Made by a program: the position numbers and the translations under genes. Under the pieces are notes generated by a model. It was not told where the DNA came from, made no database searches, and was given only the letters and a program-made list of their open reading frames with translations. 64,000 bases of DNA from the IMG/VR virus record IMGVR_UViG_3300037851_000359, positions 72,759 to 136,758 of that record; one strand, written 5' to 3'. This stretch comes from a virus. Of the stretch, positions 47,663 to 57,078 are shown in pieces. How positions within the stretch are numbered: the stretch's first letter is position 1; every line of letters begins with the position of its first letter.

Positions 47663-49627
47663 ATGAAAATAAAAAATCTTTTTGAAGAAATATTAAATGA
47701 GTCAAGAATTGAACAAGAGTCCCGGCGAATTAATAAAGCCTTTGGAATGGATCTTGCTAAATTATTAAAAAATACTATTCCAGAACAAAATTCTAAACAT
47801 TTATCAAAAGCAGTTGATTTATTTATTAATGAATATAAAAATAATACTAATATTATTGGCCCCTTTTTACAATTTGTTAAAATGTATAGAATTTATTCTG
47901 AATTATATGCTGGACTTGATTGGCCATATAAAAATTACCAAGATTTTGAACGAGAATTTGAAAAAATAGATTATAATTATTTTATAAATGATGTATTACC
48001 AACGATTTATAATAATACAAAAAATAAACAAAAAGACCTAAAGTTATTGAGAAAATTTTTAATAGACAATCCAGGGATTGAATTAGAATATGTTAATGAT
48101 ATATTTTCAAGATATTATGACACTGATTTGCCTCATGATAATTTAAAAAATATTACATTTCCTGAATTTGAAAAACTTGTCAATTATAATTTTAATGCAA
48201 AAATTGAAAATTCTGATGAAAATTTTAATACTTCCAGTTTTGGAGAACCGCATTACGAAGATGAGAATTTTAAAATTTTTAAAGGAAAAGGACCAGAATT
48301 AACAAAAAAATTATGTGGACGTGGAAATCCGTATCATTTATGCATTGCTTCAAGTTCTTATAAATATCATTATTATGATTATAAATTAACATATGGTATG
48401 ACTGATTATTTTGTTTATTTCAAAAATAATGAAATAAAAAATAGATTTGAAAATGTTCCTTTTATTATAGTTGAAACATTATTATATGATAAAAAATATA
48501 AATTAAATAATATAAAATCAAATGCTGATGATGAAATTTCTGAGTATTATTTGAAAAAATATTTACCGGAATTAAAAGATAAAATCACTAATATTTTTAA
48601 ATTTGAATTGCCATCTGATGATGAACTAAAATTAATGTTAGATGAAAATTTTATTAATGATATCATCAGAGATAATGATACTATCATTACTATGAAAGAA
48701 AATTATATTAGATATATTTTTGAAACAACTAAAATAGACTTAAATAATATTCCAAAATTTATCAATGAATTGCTAATAACGCCACCAATGCCAGATAAAG
48801 AGGATTTAATATTTCTTATTATTGACTATCAATTAAACTCACTCAATGATTTTTTAAACCTTCCTATTGAATATCAAAAAAAATTAATCACTTATGATTG
48901 TTTTGTTTCACGATTTTTAAGTAAATTTCATAATATTCCTGCCGAAATATTAAATTCGCTACCCAATAATGTTGCATATTCGGATTATATATATAACAGG
49001 AGAAACAAAATTCATATTAAAAATCTTCCCTTTATATATTTAAATAAAGTAAATGATTATGGCGATGGCGGAATAATAATTAAAGATTTGATTAATCAAA
49101 CTGATAATTTTGAAGAATTAATGCCTGAATTATTAAAATACAATATATCTTCAAAAGCATTTGAATTTATCTATATCTATGCTAAATTTTCGCATAACAT
49201 ACCAATTCCAGAAGAATTATGGAAAAAATTATTTCAAAATAAGGAAAAATCATTATCGTTATCTGCGTTATTTACGAATATAACTCAAAAGGATCCAACT
49301 TTAAACCATATCCCGCCTTTTGTTTTCGATTTATTAAATACAAATCAATTAGAGTATCTTTATAAGATTTCCCCTTATTATAACTCCCCCAATACTTGGA
49401 ATTTAATAAACAAAAATCTTAAAAAGAATTTACTTTATAAAAATCCTAAATATGCCTGGATATATTTTAAATATTTAAAATTTAATAATATCCCTAAAAA
49501 ATTGTGGGATCATTTTACACAATCTGAATTATATACTGAATATTATAAAGATGCGATTCCTGACCATATAACATTTTCGGACGATGAAACATTAGAAGAA
49601 AAAGTCAAAAAAATTTTTAACAGTTGA
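47663..49627 (+). CDS. hypothetical large helical-repeat protein, putative internal virion protein
   Basis: Late promoter; MKIKNLFEEILNE|S; degenerate (I/L)P-x-E repeats in the C-terminal half. Confidence 0.6.
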   Translation: MKIKNLFEEILNESRIEQESRRINKAFGMDLAKLLKNTIPEQNSKHLSKAVDLFINEYKNNTNIIGPFLQFVKMYRIYSELYAGLDWPYKNYQDFEREFEKIDYNYFINDVLPTIYNNTKNKQKDLKLLRKFLIDNPGIELEYVNDIFSRYYDTDLPHDNLKNITFPEFEKLVNYNFNAKIENSDENFNTSSFGEPHYEDENFKIFKGKGPELTKKLCGRGNPYHLCIASSSYKYHYYDYKLTYGMTDYFVYFKNNEIKNRFENVPFIIVETLLYDKKYKLNNIKSNADDEISEYYLKKYLPELKDKITNIFKFELPSDDELKLMLDENFINDIIRDNDTIITMKENYIRYIFETTKIDLNNIPKFINELLITPPMPDKEDLIFLIIDYQLNSLNDFLNLPIEYQKKLITYDCFVSRFLSKFHNIPAEILNSLPNNVAYSDYIYNRRNKIHIKNLPFIYLNKVNDYGDGGIIIKDLINQTDNFEELMPELLKYNISSKAFEFIYIYAKFSHNIPIPEELWKKLFQNKEKSLSLSALFTNITQKDPTLNHIPPFVFDLLNTNQLEYLYKISPYYNSPNTWNLINKNLKKNLLYKNPKYAWIYFKYLKFNNIPKKLWDHFTQSELYTEYYKDAIPDHITFSDDETLEEKVKKIFNS

Positions 49628-49651
49628 CAATAATAAATAAATTATTATAAT
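49624..49651 (+). promoter_or_regulatory. sigma70-like promoter, TTGACA-N16-TATAAT, probably giving a leaderless rnh mRNA
   Basis: ATG 49659 lies 7 nt after the -10. Confidence 0.65.
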
Positions 49652-49658
49652 TATTTTC

Positions 49659-50618
49659 ATGAATAAAATTTTCATAGATTACAGAAACATGGCATATCGT
49701 AACTATTTTAAGGGTAAAAACGATATTTCAAGTATTGGCTATTCATATTTTAAATATCTTATAATAAAGGAAATTTTTGATTATATTAAAAATTTTAGGG
49801 CAGATGAAATTGTTGTGGTAAATGATTCTACATTGAATTGGAGAAAAAAGATATATCCAGATTATAAAGGACAACGATCAAAAAATAGAGAAAAACAAGA
49901 AGATGTTGATTGGGAAACAGTTTTTAAAGAATTTGATTCATTATTTTCGGAAATTAAACAATTTTTTCCATTCGTATCTTTAAATATTAATTATTGTGAA
50001 GCAGATGATATTATTGCGGTATTATCTAAATATGAAGATCAATCTAAAAAAATTATAATTTCAACGGATGGCGATTACGTTCAATTATTAAAATATAACA
50101 ATGTTAAAATTTATGATCCGAAAACTTGCACGATTGTAAAATGTGATGATCCAGAAAAAGAATTAAAAATAAAAATATATTCCGGTGATGGTGGAGATAA
50201 TATACCAAATATTTTAAAACGACACGTTGGGGACAAAATTATTAACAAACGATTTGGGAAAGAAACTGCTAAAGAATATATTGATGGTTCTAAATCATTT
50301 AAACAATTATTAGAAGACACGACTCCAGTTATTGAAGATGGAAAACAAGTTTTAGTAGAAGGGCAGCAATTAACAGTTGGGTTGCAAGCTAAAATAGGAT
50401 TAAAACGGAATACTATATTAATTGACCATAATTATATTCCTACAAAATTGCAAGAAGTAATTAAAAAGGAATATGATAATTATGTAACTCCTTATGGGTC
50501 AAGTATTTATAATTATATTTCATATTATAATATGAGAGACTTGATAGATAATATTCAAATATATGAACCTTATATTAAAACATTATTAGAATATCAAGAA
50601 AATAAAAAAGTTTTTTAA
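49659..50618 (+). CDS. rnh: T4-type RNase H / 5'-3' flap exonuclease
   Basis: WRKKIYPDYKGQR, EADDIIA, ISTDGDYVQL, GDGGDNIP. Confidence 0.92.
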   Translation: MNKIFIDYRNMAYRNYFKGKNDISSIGYSYFKYLIIKEIFDYIKNFRADEIVVVNDSTLNWRKKIYPDYKGQRSKNREKQEDVDWETVFKEFDSLFSEIKQFFPFVSLNINYCEADDIIAVLSKYEDQSKKIIISTDGDYVQLLKYNNVKIYDPKTCTIVKCDDPEKELKIKIYSGDGGDNIPNILKRHVGDKIINKRFGKETAKEYIDGSKSFKQLLEDTTPVIEDGKQVLVEGQQLTVGLQAKIGLKRNTILIDHNYIPTKLQEVIKKEYDNYVTPYGSSIYNYISYYNMRDLIDNIQIYEPYIKTLLEYQENKKVF

Positions 50619-51076
50619 ATATTCAAATCTTTTTCAGTTAGAATTTTAAATCCTATTCCTCTTTTATCACAAAATTCTTTTGCTGCCTCCCATTTGGCTT
50701 TATTTATTTGCCAGATTCTAGTTTCTGTTAATAAAGTGCTTTTCTTTTTGTTTCCATGATTCGTGGGTTCTTTAGTTTGTTTTTTAGGTTTTATTTCAAT
50801 AACTTCAATATGTTCTTGTCCCGTCTTATCTACATATTTAACGATAAAATCTGGATAGTACCGGCAATATTGTGCCTTTAATGGGTTATAATATGATATT
50901 GCTATAGCTTCAGAACTCCATTCAATAACATTATCTGAAACATCTAAGAACCTCATAAATTTTAATTCATATGATGATCTATATACAGGAACCTTTTTTC
51001 CTTTAAATTTTTGAGGATTTAAAGGTCTATAAATACCTTTTTTAAAATCTTTGACGCTATTTCCCATTTTTATCAT
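50615..51076 (-). CDS. gp4: head completion nuclease (T4 gp4-like, TnsA-like fold)
   Basis: YRPLNPQKFKG, YRSSYELKFM, WSSE, RYYPDF, IEIKPKKQT, NKAKWEAA, FKILTE. Confidence 0.9.
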   Translation of the reverse strand: MIKMGNSVKDFKKGIYRPLNPQKFKGKKVPVYRSSYELKFMRFLDVSDNVIEWSSEAIAISYYNPLKAQYCRYYPDFIVKYVDKTGQEHIEVIEIKPKKQTKEPTNHGNKKKSTLLTETRIWQINKAKWEAAKEFCDKRGIGFKILTEKDLNI

Positions 51077-51605
51077 CTTCTAAAGATATTTTTGTTATTT
51101 CTTCTATCAATGTTAGTATTTTTGAATTGTTTGATTGTGGTTCTAAAACATAATCAAATTTTAATATTTTAATTTTATCTGCAATTTCTGGTTTTAATTC
51201 TCTGTATTCTTGATCTGCTTCGCCTAAGTGTCCAATAGCTAAATGCATACAAATTTCTGGCAAATAATTTGTAAATTGAATATGAGATACGGATTCTATT
51301 AAATCCAAAATATTTGGTAACGTTTCTACAAACTCTCCATTAATATAATAAATATATTTTAATCTCATATCTCTTATTATTTGGGAAATTTTTTTATCAT
51401 AATTTAATAATTTATTTTCTAAATTTGCTAAATGTCCTATAGCTAACCATCCGTGACTCGGATAACCCAATTCAAATTCTTCCATGAGTATTTTTGCCTG
51501 GGTTATATGCATAATTGGGGTAAATGGTCCGCATTGCGATTCTAAGATATAAATTTCTGCCTGTGATAAATGTTTTCTAGTACAATCTGGACAAAAATTT
51601 CTCAT
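51057..51605 (-). CDS. hypothetical protein with internal duplication
   Basis: N-terminal CPDC; repeated HLSQA/HITQA and LAIGHL segments; TTGAAA-N16-TATAAT upstream at 51627-51654. Confidence 0.6.
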   Translation of the reverse strand: MRNFCPDCTRKHLSQAEIYILESQCGPFTPIMHITQAKILMEEFELGYPSHGWLAIGHLANLENKLLNYDKKISQIIRDMRLKYIYYINGEFVETLPNILDLIESVSHIQFTNYLPEICMHLAIGHLGEADQEYRELKPEIADKIKILKFDYVLEPQSNNSKILTLIEEITKISLEDDKNGK

Positions 51606-51657
51606 AAAAAATCCTCTATGCTATTTATTATAATCTTTATTTTATTATTTTCAAAAA

Positions 51658-51671
51658 TATTTATATAAATA
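51658..51671. promoter_or_regulatory. palindromic bidirectional late promoter TATTTATATAAATA between the portal and gp4 operons
   Basis: Perfect 14-bp palindrome containing TATAAATA on both strands. Confidence 0.55.
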
Positions 51672-51727
51672 ACATTATGGAAAATTTTAATATTAGAGTT
51701 AAAATAATCCTAAAAAGGACTTAATAA

Positions 51728-53506
51728 ATGGCCGCAGATTTATTTAGAAAAGTTATACAACCGTTTGTGAAACGGAATAATTGGTCTAAAGCAGCCCAAC
51801 AACAACATTTTAATCGTTTATATAAAATCTTTGATAAGCAAGGCAAAAAATATCATAATAAAAATATTCCTGGTGCAACTGATATGGTGGATGTTACAAC
51901 CACCACCCCAGAATTCCAAAAACAAATTGGTCAATGGAATACTTTCGTCTATCAAGCAGAACCAGGAAAAATAAACAGATTAAAAGTTTGGCGGGATATG
52001 TCATTCTTTCCCCCACTTGCATTTGCTCTAGGGGAATTTGAAGACGAAGCAATAACATTAGATTCAAATAATAATCATGTAATTTTTGAAATAAATAATT
52101 TAAGACTTAATCAAAATGAAAATATAGTTAAAAATTTAGCAAAAGAATGGAATTATATCAGTAAAGATGTTTTTAAAATAACTCAAAATATTAATATGTG
52201 GTTTAATGAATTCATGATAGATGGCGAAATAATGTTTGAAAAAGTTATTGACCCTATTAATGCTAAAGAAAGAGGGATCATAAAAATTAAAAGATTACGA
52301 CCAGAATTTACTTATCCTATATGGGAAGAATTGGAAAATGATAATATTTATCAATTTGTAATTAAAAATAATGAAAATATAATGATTATGCCGCCAGAAT
52401 CAATTGCCTATGCTAATTCTGGTATATATGTGTATGAAGATAGATTCACAAAAACCGTAATATCATATCTTGATAGAGCTAAAATAAATTATCGAAAATT
52501 AAAACAGATGGAAGATTCATTAGTTATTTATAGATTGATTAAAGGATATGAAAAACGTGTATTCAATATTGAAATGGGTAATCTTCCCAATCCAAAACAA
52601 AAACAATATCTGCATGATATTATTAGAAAATATAGACAACGAAAAACATTTAATCCTGAATCCGGTGAAACATCAGAAGCATATGATGCTCAAGCATTGG
52701 TTGAAGACTTCTTCTTTGCTAAACAAAATGGTCGAGGCAGTTCAGTTGAAGTACTGCCCGGTGGCGATCACTTGGATGAAATCAAAGATGTTGAATACTT
52801 TTTACGACAGTTATATATAGGATTAAGAATACCATTATCAAGAATTAGTTCGGATTCATCGTTTTCATTAGGTGATACTTCAGATATTACTAGAGAAGAA
52901 GTTAGATTTCATAAAATGGTTCAAAAATATGTTTTACGATTTTCAGAAGTATTTAAACAAGTATTTATGACACATTTAAAATTAAAAGGGTATGCAGATG
53001 AATATGGTATTCAAGATCGTGATATTACTGTAAAAGTAGTATCTGATAACTTATTTCAAGAATACATTGAATCCAATATTACAACTATCAGAACAGAAAA
53101 TCTTGAAAAATTAATTCCATATACAGAATCAGAAAATGGAAAACCTTTATTATCCAAAAAATTTATTCTCAAGAAATATTTGAAACTCACCCCAGAAGAA
53201 ATGGCTGAAAATGACGCTTTGAAGAAAACGGAAGAAAATGTTTCGTTAAGTGGTGGTGGGGGGGGAATGGATTCGATGGGTGGTGGAGGCGGGATGGGGG
53301 GCCTTGATTTAGGTGGGGATTCAGGTGGTGATATGGGGGATATGGGTGGTGGGGGCGGTAGTAGCCCATCAGATTTAGGTGGTGATGAAGGATCTGAAGT
53401 CGATTCTGCATTAAACTCAGAATCACCAGATAATGTTGATCTATCATCAACTGACAATAAAAATGCAGATGAACCAGAAATTGACTTGGAAACCTTTGCT
53501 AAATAG
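51728..53506 (+). CDS. gp20: portal protein (gp20-like) with a Gly/Asp/Met-rich C-terminal tail
   Basis: LKQMEDSLVIYRL, EKRVFNIEMGNLP, EDFFF, GSSVEVLPGG, LRIPLSR, ITREEVRF. Confidence 0.96.
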   Translation: MAADLFRKVIQPFVKRNNWSKAAQQQHFNRLYKIFDKQGKKYHNKNIPGATDMVDVTTTTPEFQKQIGQWNTFVYQAEPGKINRLKVWRDMSFFPPLAFALGEFEDEAITLDSNNNHVIFEINNLRLNQNENIVKNLAKEWNYISKDVFKITQNINMWFNEFMIDGEIMFEKVIDPINAKERGIIKIKRLRPEFTYPIWEELENDNIYQFVIKNNENIMIMPPESIAYANSGIYVYEDRFTKTVISYLDRAKINYRKLKQMEDSLVIYRLIKGYEKRVFNIEMGNLPNPKQKQYLHDIIRKYRQRKTFNPESGETSEAYDAQALVEDFFFAKQNGRGSSVEVLPGGDHLDEIKDVEYFLRQLYIGLRIPLSRISSDSSFSLGDTSDITREEVRFHKMVQKYVLRFSEVFKQVFMTHLKLKGYADEYGIQDRDITVKVVSDNLFQEYIESNITTIRTENLEKLIPYTESENGKPLLSKKFILKKYLKLTPEEMAENDALKKTEENVSLSGGGGGMDSMGGGGGMGGLDLGGDSGGDMGDMGGGGGSSPSDLGGDEGSEVDSALNSESPDNVDLSSTDNKNADEPEIDLETFAK

Positions 53507-53517
53507 GAGAAACCATT

Positions 53518-53712
53518 ATGGCAAATGACTCATTAAAATATTTTTTATCAGCATTATCCCGTGATGATTACATTGAAGCTGATAAACATTTTTCAAGTGT
53601 TGTAAAAAATGCTGTAAATAATGTTATAAATAAAAAGAAAGGGGCAGTATTAGATTCAATCAACGCAAAAGCAAATCAAATGGCAACAGAAATGATAAAA
53701 AAAGAAGGGTGA
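53518..53712 (+). CDS. small prohead core protein (gp67/gp68 position), putative
   Basis: 64-aa helical ORF between portal and protease; GGAG RBS. Confidence 0.5.
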   Translation: MANDSLKYFLSALSRDDYIEADKHFSSVVKNAVNNVINKKKGAVLDSINAKANQMATEMIKKEG

Positions 53713-53713
53713 A

Positions 53714-54421
53714 ATGACTTTAATACTTATAACTGAAGCGTCTGATTTTGATAATAGAATTGTTGAACCATTGATTGAAAAAGTTAAAATGTCAGATGGT
53801 TCATACAAAGAATCATATTATATTATTGGGCCATATATTCAATGTGATGTTAAAAATAGAAATGGTCGAAAATATCCAAAAGAATTAATGATGAATTGTG
53901 TCGAAAAATATAAATCGGAAAGAATGAATCCAAAATTTGGGTTTAGATCATATGGAGAACTAGGGCATCCTGAAGGTACTGATATTAATTTAGATAAAGT
54001 ATGTATCTATATTCAAGATTTACAATGGCAAGGAAATGATTGTATTGGAAAATCAAAAGTAATCGAAAAAAATCCTTGCGGTCGTATTTTAGCCTCTTTA
54101 TTAGAAGAAAAATTACGAGTTGGCGTATCTACACGGGGCGTCGGAACATTGTCAGAAGAAACTGATCATGAAAATTGCAAAATTGTTGAATCATATACTA
54201 TGATAGCTGAAGATGTTGTTGCGGACCCTTCTGCTCCAAAAGGTTTCGTTCAAGGTATATTAGAACATAAACAATATATCATTGGAAATGATGGTATTAT
54301 TACAGAATGTTATAATTCATTAGAACAAAAATTGAAAGTTTTACCTAAAAAATCTGATGAAAGAGCTAAATTATTTGTTGAATGTTGCCAATCATTTTTA
54401 AATGATATTAAAAATTCATAA
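53714..54421 (+). CDS. gp21: prohead protease (gp21-like)
   Basis: KNRNGRKYP, GELGHP, GVSTRGVG, DVVADPSAP. Confidence 0.95.
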   Translation: MTLILITEASDFDNRIVEPLIEKVKMSDGSYKESYYIIGPYIQCDVKNRNGRKYPKELMMNCVEKYKSERMNPKFGFRSYGELGHPEGTDINLDKVCIYIQDLQWQGNDCIGKSKVIEKNPCGRILASLLEEKLRVGVSTRGVGTLSEETDHENCKIVESYTMIAEDVVADPSAPKGFVQGILEHKQYIIGNDGIITECYNSLEQKLKVLPKKSDERAKLFVECCQSFLNDIKNS

Positions 54422-54450
54422 AATTTTTTTAAAAACTTTGATTAACAATT

Positions 54451-54458
54451 TATAAATA
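54451..54458 (+). promoter_or_regulatory. T4-type late promoter upstream of scaffold/MCP
   Basis: TATAAATA followed by an AGGAG RBS. Confidence 0.6.
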
Positions 54459-54490
54459 ATAAATATAAGTTAAATGCATAGGAGAATATT

Positions 54491-55594
54491 ATGTCTCAAC
54501 CTGAAAAAAATATTTTAGACCTTCTCTTAGAAGGCACCGATTATGGGGCTGTTCTTACCGAACAGCAAAAACAAAAGGTAACACAATTAATCAACGAAAC
54601 TGTTGATTCCCGTGTTACTGCTAAAGAAAAACTATTATCAGAATCCTTTGCACAAAAAGAAACTGAATTAACTGAATCATTCAAGAAACAAAAAGAAGAA
54701 CTTGAAGCAAAAATTAAAGATGATGAAAAAACTTTAATTCTTGAAGCTGAAAATTTTAAAAAGATCATTGAAGCAACTACTCTCAAAGAAGCACAAGAAT
54801 TTAAAAATGAAGTTGAAAAGAAAGTTAATGAAAAAGCCGAACTTTATAAGAATGAATTAGATGGAATCTTAATTAAAGAAGCAAAAGACTATAAAGAAAA
54901 ACAAGATAAAGCCCTTGTTGAAGAGGTTCAAAAATTCAAGGATACATTAATTGAACGTGTTAGCGACTACTTGGACGCTAAACTTCAAGAATGCATCCCG
55001 TCTGAAACATTAGAGGCTGCTACTAAACTCAGTGTATATGAACCATTGGTTCAAAGTATCATGGAAGGGTTCTCAAGAAACTATGTTAAACTTGATGACA
55101 CTTCATATCAATTAATCAAAGAATCTAAAAATGAGTTAGCAAGACTTGAAAATGAATTACAAACGTCAAAGAAACAAATTGTTTCTTTGACTAAAGAGAA
55201 GAAAGAAGTTGAACGAAATTATAAAATCAAGTCTTTAACAGAAGGTTTAACCGAAGTTCAAAAATCTAAAGCTATTAAATTGCTTGAAGGTGTTGAAACC
55301 GACAAGCTAGATACCCAATACAAACAAATACAAGATATTATCGTTGAATCCGCAACAGTTGAAACGCCAAAAACCAAAACTTTAGTAGAAAAAGAAGATA
55401 AAACTATTAAAGATACGGTAAAACTCCAATCAAAACCAGTTCAAGAATCAACTGTTGTTAAGATGCAACAAACAAAAATACTAAAAGAAAGTACTGAACT
55501 AGTTAAACCCGAACCCAAAAAATCTGAGCCTTCAGACAGTGATAAAACAATGCAAAAATGGAGTAACAGGATAACTCCTGGTTACGCTAAATAA
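54491..55594 (+). CDS. gp22: prohead core scaffold protein (gp22-like)
   Basis: Coiled coil with many L-x-E sites, VSDYLD and LTEGLTEVQKSK; lies between gp21 and gp23. Confidence 0.88.
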   Translation: MSQPEKNILDLLLEGTDYGAVLTEQQKQKVTQLINETVDSRVTAKEKLLSESFAQKETELTESFKKQKEELEAKIKDDEKTLILEAENFKKIIEATTLKEAQEFKNEVEKKVNEKAELYKNELDGILIKEAKDYKEKQDKALVEEVQKFKDTLIERVSDYLDAKLQECIPSETLEAATKLSVYEPLVQSIMEGFSRNYVKLDDTSYQLIKESKNELARLENELQTSKKQIVSLTKEKKEVERNYKIKSLTEGLTEVQKSKAIKLLEGVETDKLDTQYKQIQDIIVESATVETPKTKTLVEKEDKTIKDTVKLQSKPVQESTVVKMQQTKILKESTELVKPEPKKSEPSDSDKTMQKWSNRITPGYAK

Positions 55595-55627
55595 AAACCT
55601 CTTCATCAAATCACAAGGAGATAAAAA

Positions 55628-56986
55628 ATGAAGATGACGACCGAAATGTTGCTTGAGAAATGGGATCCAATGCTTAAGCACATCAAAACTGAACGTAAGA
55701 AAATCAATACCGCCAAACTTTTAGAAAACGAGGAATCTTGGTTCCATAAAGAAATTCTAAAAGAATCAGGCACCGCCTCTGATGCCGGTGTTGGTTGTGC
55801 TGATGGTACTGTCAACCAAGCTATTAATGCCACCCAAGGCATAGCTAAGTACATGGGCATTGCGATGCCTCTAGTTGCCCGTGTATTCCCTGAATTAATC
55901 ACCAATGATCTTGTTGGTGTTCAACCAATGTTTACCCCCGTTGGTCTTGCTTATGCTCTCCGTTTCCGTTATCAAACTGGTGCTGCTGCTGGCGTCGAAG
56001 CTGCCTACAACACCGTATTTGGTGGATACTCTGGTAGTGTTGATTCTACCGGAACCTCAATAACTGCTGGTGCTGCTATTGCTCAATATGGCAACCAAGA
56101 CACCCTCGGTACTGGTGGCTTAATCACTGACATTACTGGTGCTGGCATTACTCAAGGTGCTAATGGCTACTCAACTGCCTTTGGTGAACGTCTTGATACC
56201 AATGGTCGTGTATGTGGTGGTGAAACTGATACTATCCGCGAAATGGGTCTAACCATTGAGAAGAAAGAGATTACCGCCCATACCCGTAAGCTCAAAGCCC
56301 GTTGGACCCTTGAGGCTCAACAAGACTTAGCTAACATGCATAACGTTGACGTAGAAGAAGAGTTAACCGATCTCTTAGCCTATGAAATTGCTGCTGAAAT
56401 CGACCTTGAGATTAAAAATCGTATCATATACCGTGCCGTTCAAGGTGGCGTTCTAACCTGGAATTATGGTACTGTTGGTAATGCTAATGGTACTGCTGAT
56501 GGCCGTTGGGAACAAGAGAAATTCCGTACTCTCTATACCATATTACTCAAAGCCTCTAATGAAATTGCCGTTGCTACCCGTCGTGGTCCAGGTAACTTCG
56601 TACTATGCTCTCCTGGCGTTACTGCTGCTCTTGAATCCCTTGATAACTTCTTAATGTCCCCTGTTAGTGCTTCAATGAATACCGAAGTTTCAGGTGTTTC
56701 AAAAGTTGGTACTCTTGGTCGCTTTACCATCTACCGTGATAGCTTCGCCTCTGAAGACTACGCTGTAGTTGGCTATAAAGGTCCAAAAGATAACGATGCC
56801 GGTATCCTCTACTGCCCATACGTTCCTGTTATGTTTAGTCGTACTACCCAAGTTGAATCATTCCAACCTGTCATTGGTATTATGTCCCGTTATGGTATTA
56901 TGGATAGTTTATGGGGCAGCGAAAACTACTACCGTTTCATCAAGATCGTTGGCTTGACCAATAGCTCATTAGCAGGTTCACGCTGA
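55628..56986 (+). CDS. gp23: major capsid protein (gp23-like)
   Basis: LLEKWDPML, LLENE, LVGVQPM, TRKLKARWTLEAQQDL, EIAAEID, TRRGPGN, VGYKG, YCPYVP, SFQP, SRYG. Confidence 0.98.
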   Translation: MKMTTEMLLEKWDPMLKHIKTERKKINTAKLLENEESWFHKEILKESGTASDAGVGCADGTVNQAINATQGIAKYMGIAMPLVARVFPELITNDLVGVQPMFTPVGLAYALRFRYQTGAAAGVEAAYNTVFGGYSGSVDSTGTSITAGAAIAQYGNQDTLGTGGLITDITGAGITQGANGYSTAFGERLDTNGRVCGGETDTIREMGLTIEKKEITAHTRKLKARWTLEAQQDLANMHNVDVEEELTDLLAYEIAAEIDLEIKNRIIYRAVQGGVLTWNYGTVGNANGTADGRWEQEKFRTLYTILLKASNEIAVATRRGPGNFVLCSPGVTAALESLDNFLMSPVSASMNTEVSGVSKVGTLGRFTIYRDSFASEDYAVVGYKGPKDNDAGILYCPYVPVMFSRTTQVESFQPVIGIMSRYGIMDSLWGSENYYRFIKIVGLTNSSLAGSR

Positions 56987-57006
56987 GTCTAATACCTTAG
57001 TAATTT

Positions 57007-57038
57007 AAAAAATGGGTGTCTCTTGACACCCATTTTTT
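57007..57038 (+). terminator. intrinsic terminator after the MCP gene, overlapping the -35 of the next promoter
   Basis: AAAAAATGGGTGTC-TCTT-GACACCCATTTTTT; TTGACA 57023-57028 with N16 and TATAAT 57045-57050. Confidence 0.8.
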
Positions 57039-57078
57039 ATTTGTTATAATATTTTTTATAACCCCAAAAAATAATAAT

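Noticed and set aside
50615-51076. TnsA transposase / Tn7-like element
   Set aside because: Motifs and position next to the portal match T4 gp4 head completion nuclease; no tnsB/tnsC or terminal repeats are present.
53056-53457. Pro-rich and His-rich ORFs antisense to the portal tail
   Set aside because: These are shadows of the Gly-codon-rich portal C-terminus, with no RBS or promoter.
55606-55905. Antisense ORF similar to the antisense ORF at 27948-28151 (ALIAW...VPSA.P.PA...AVP)
   Set aside because: The similarity simply mirrors the sense-strand MCP segment duplication reported in findings.
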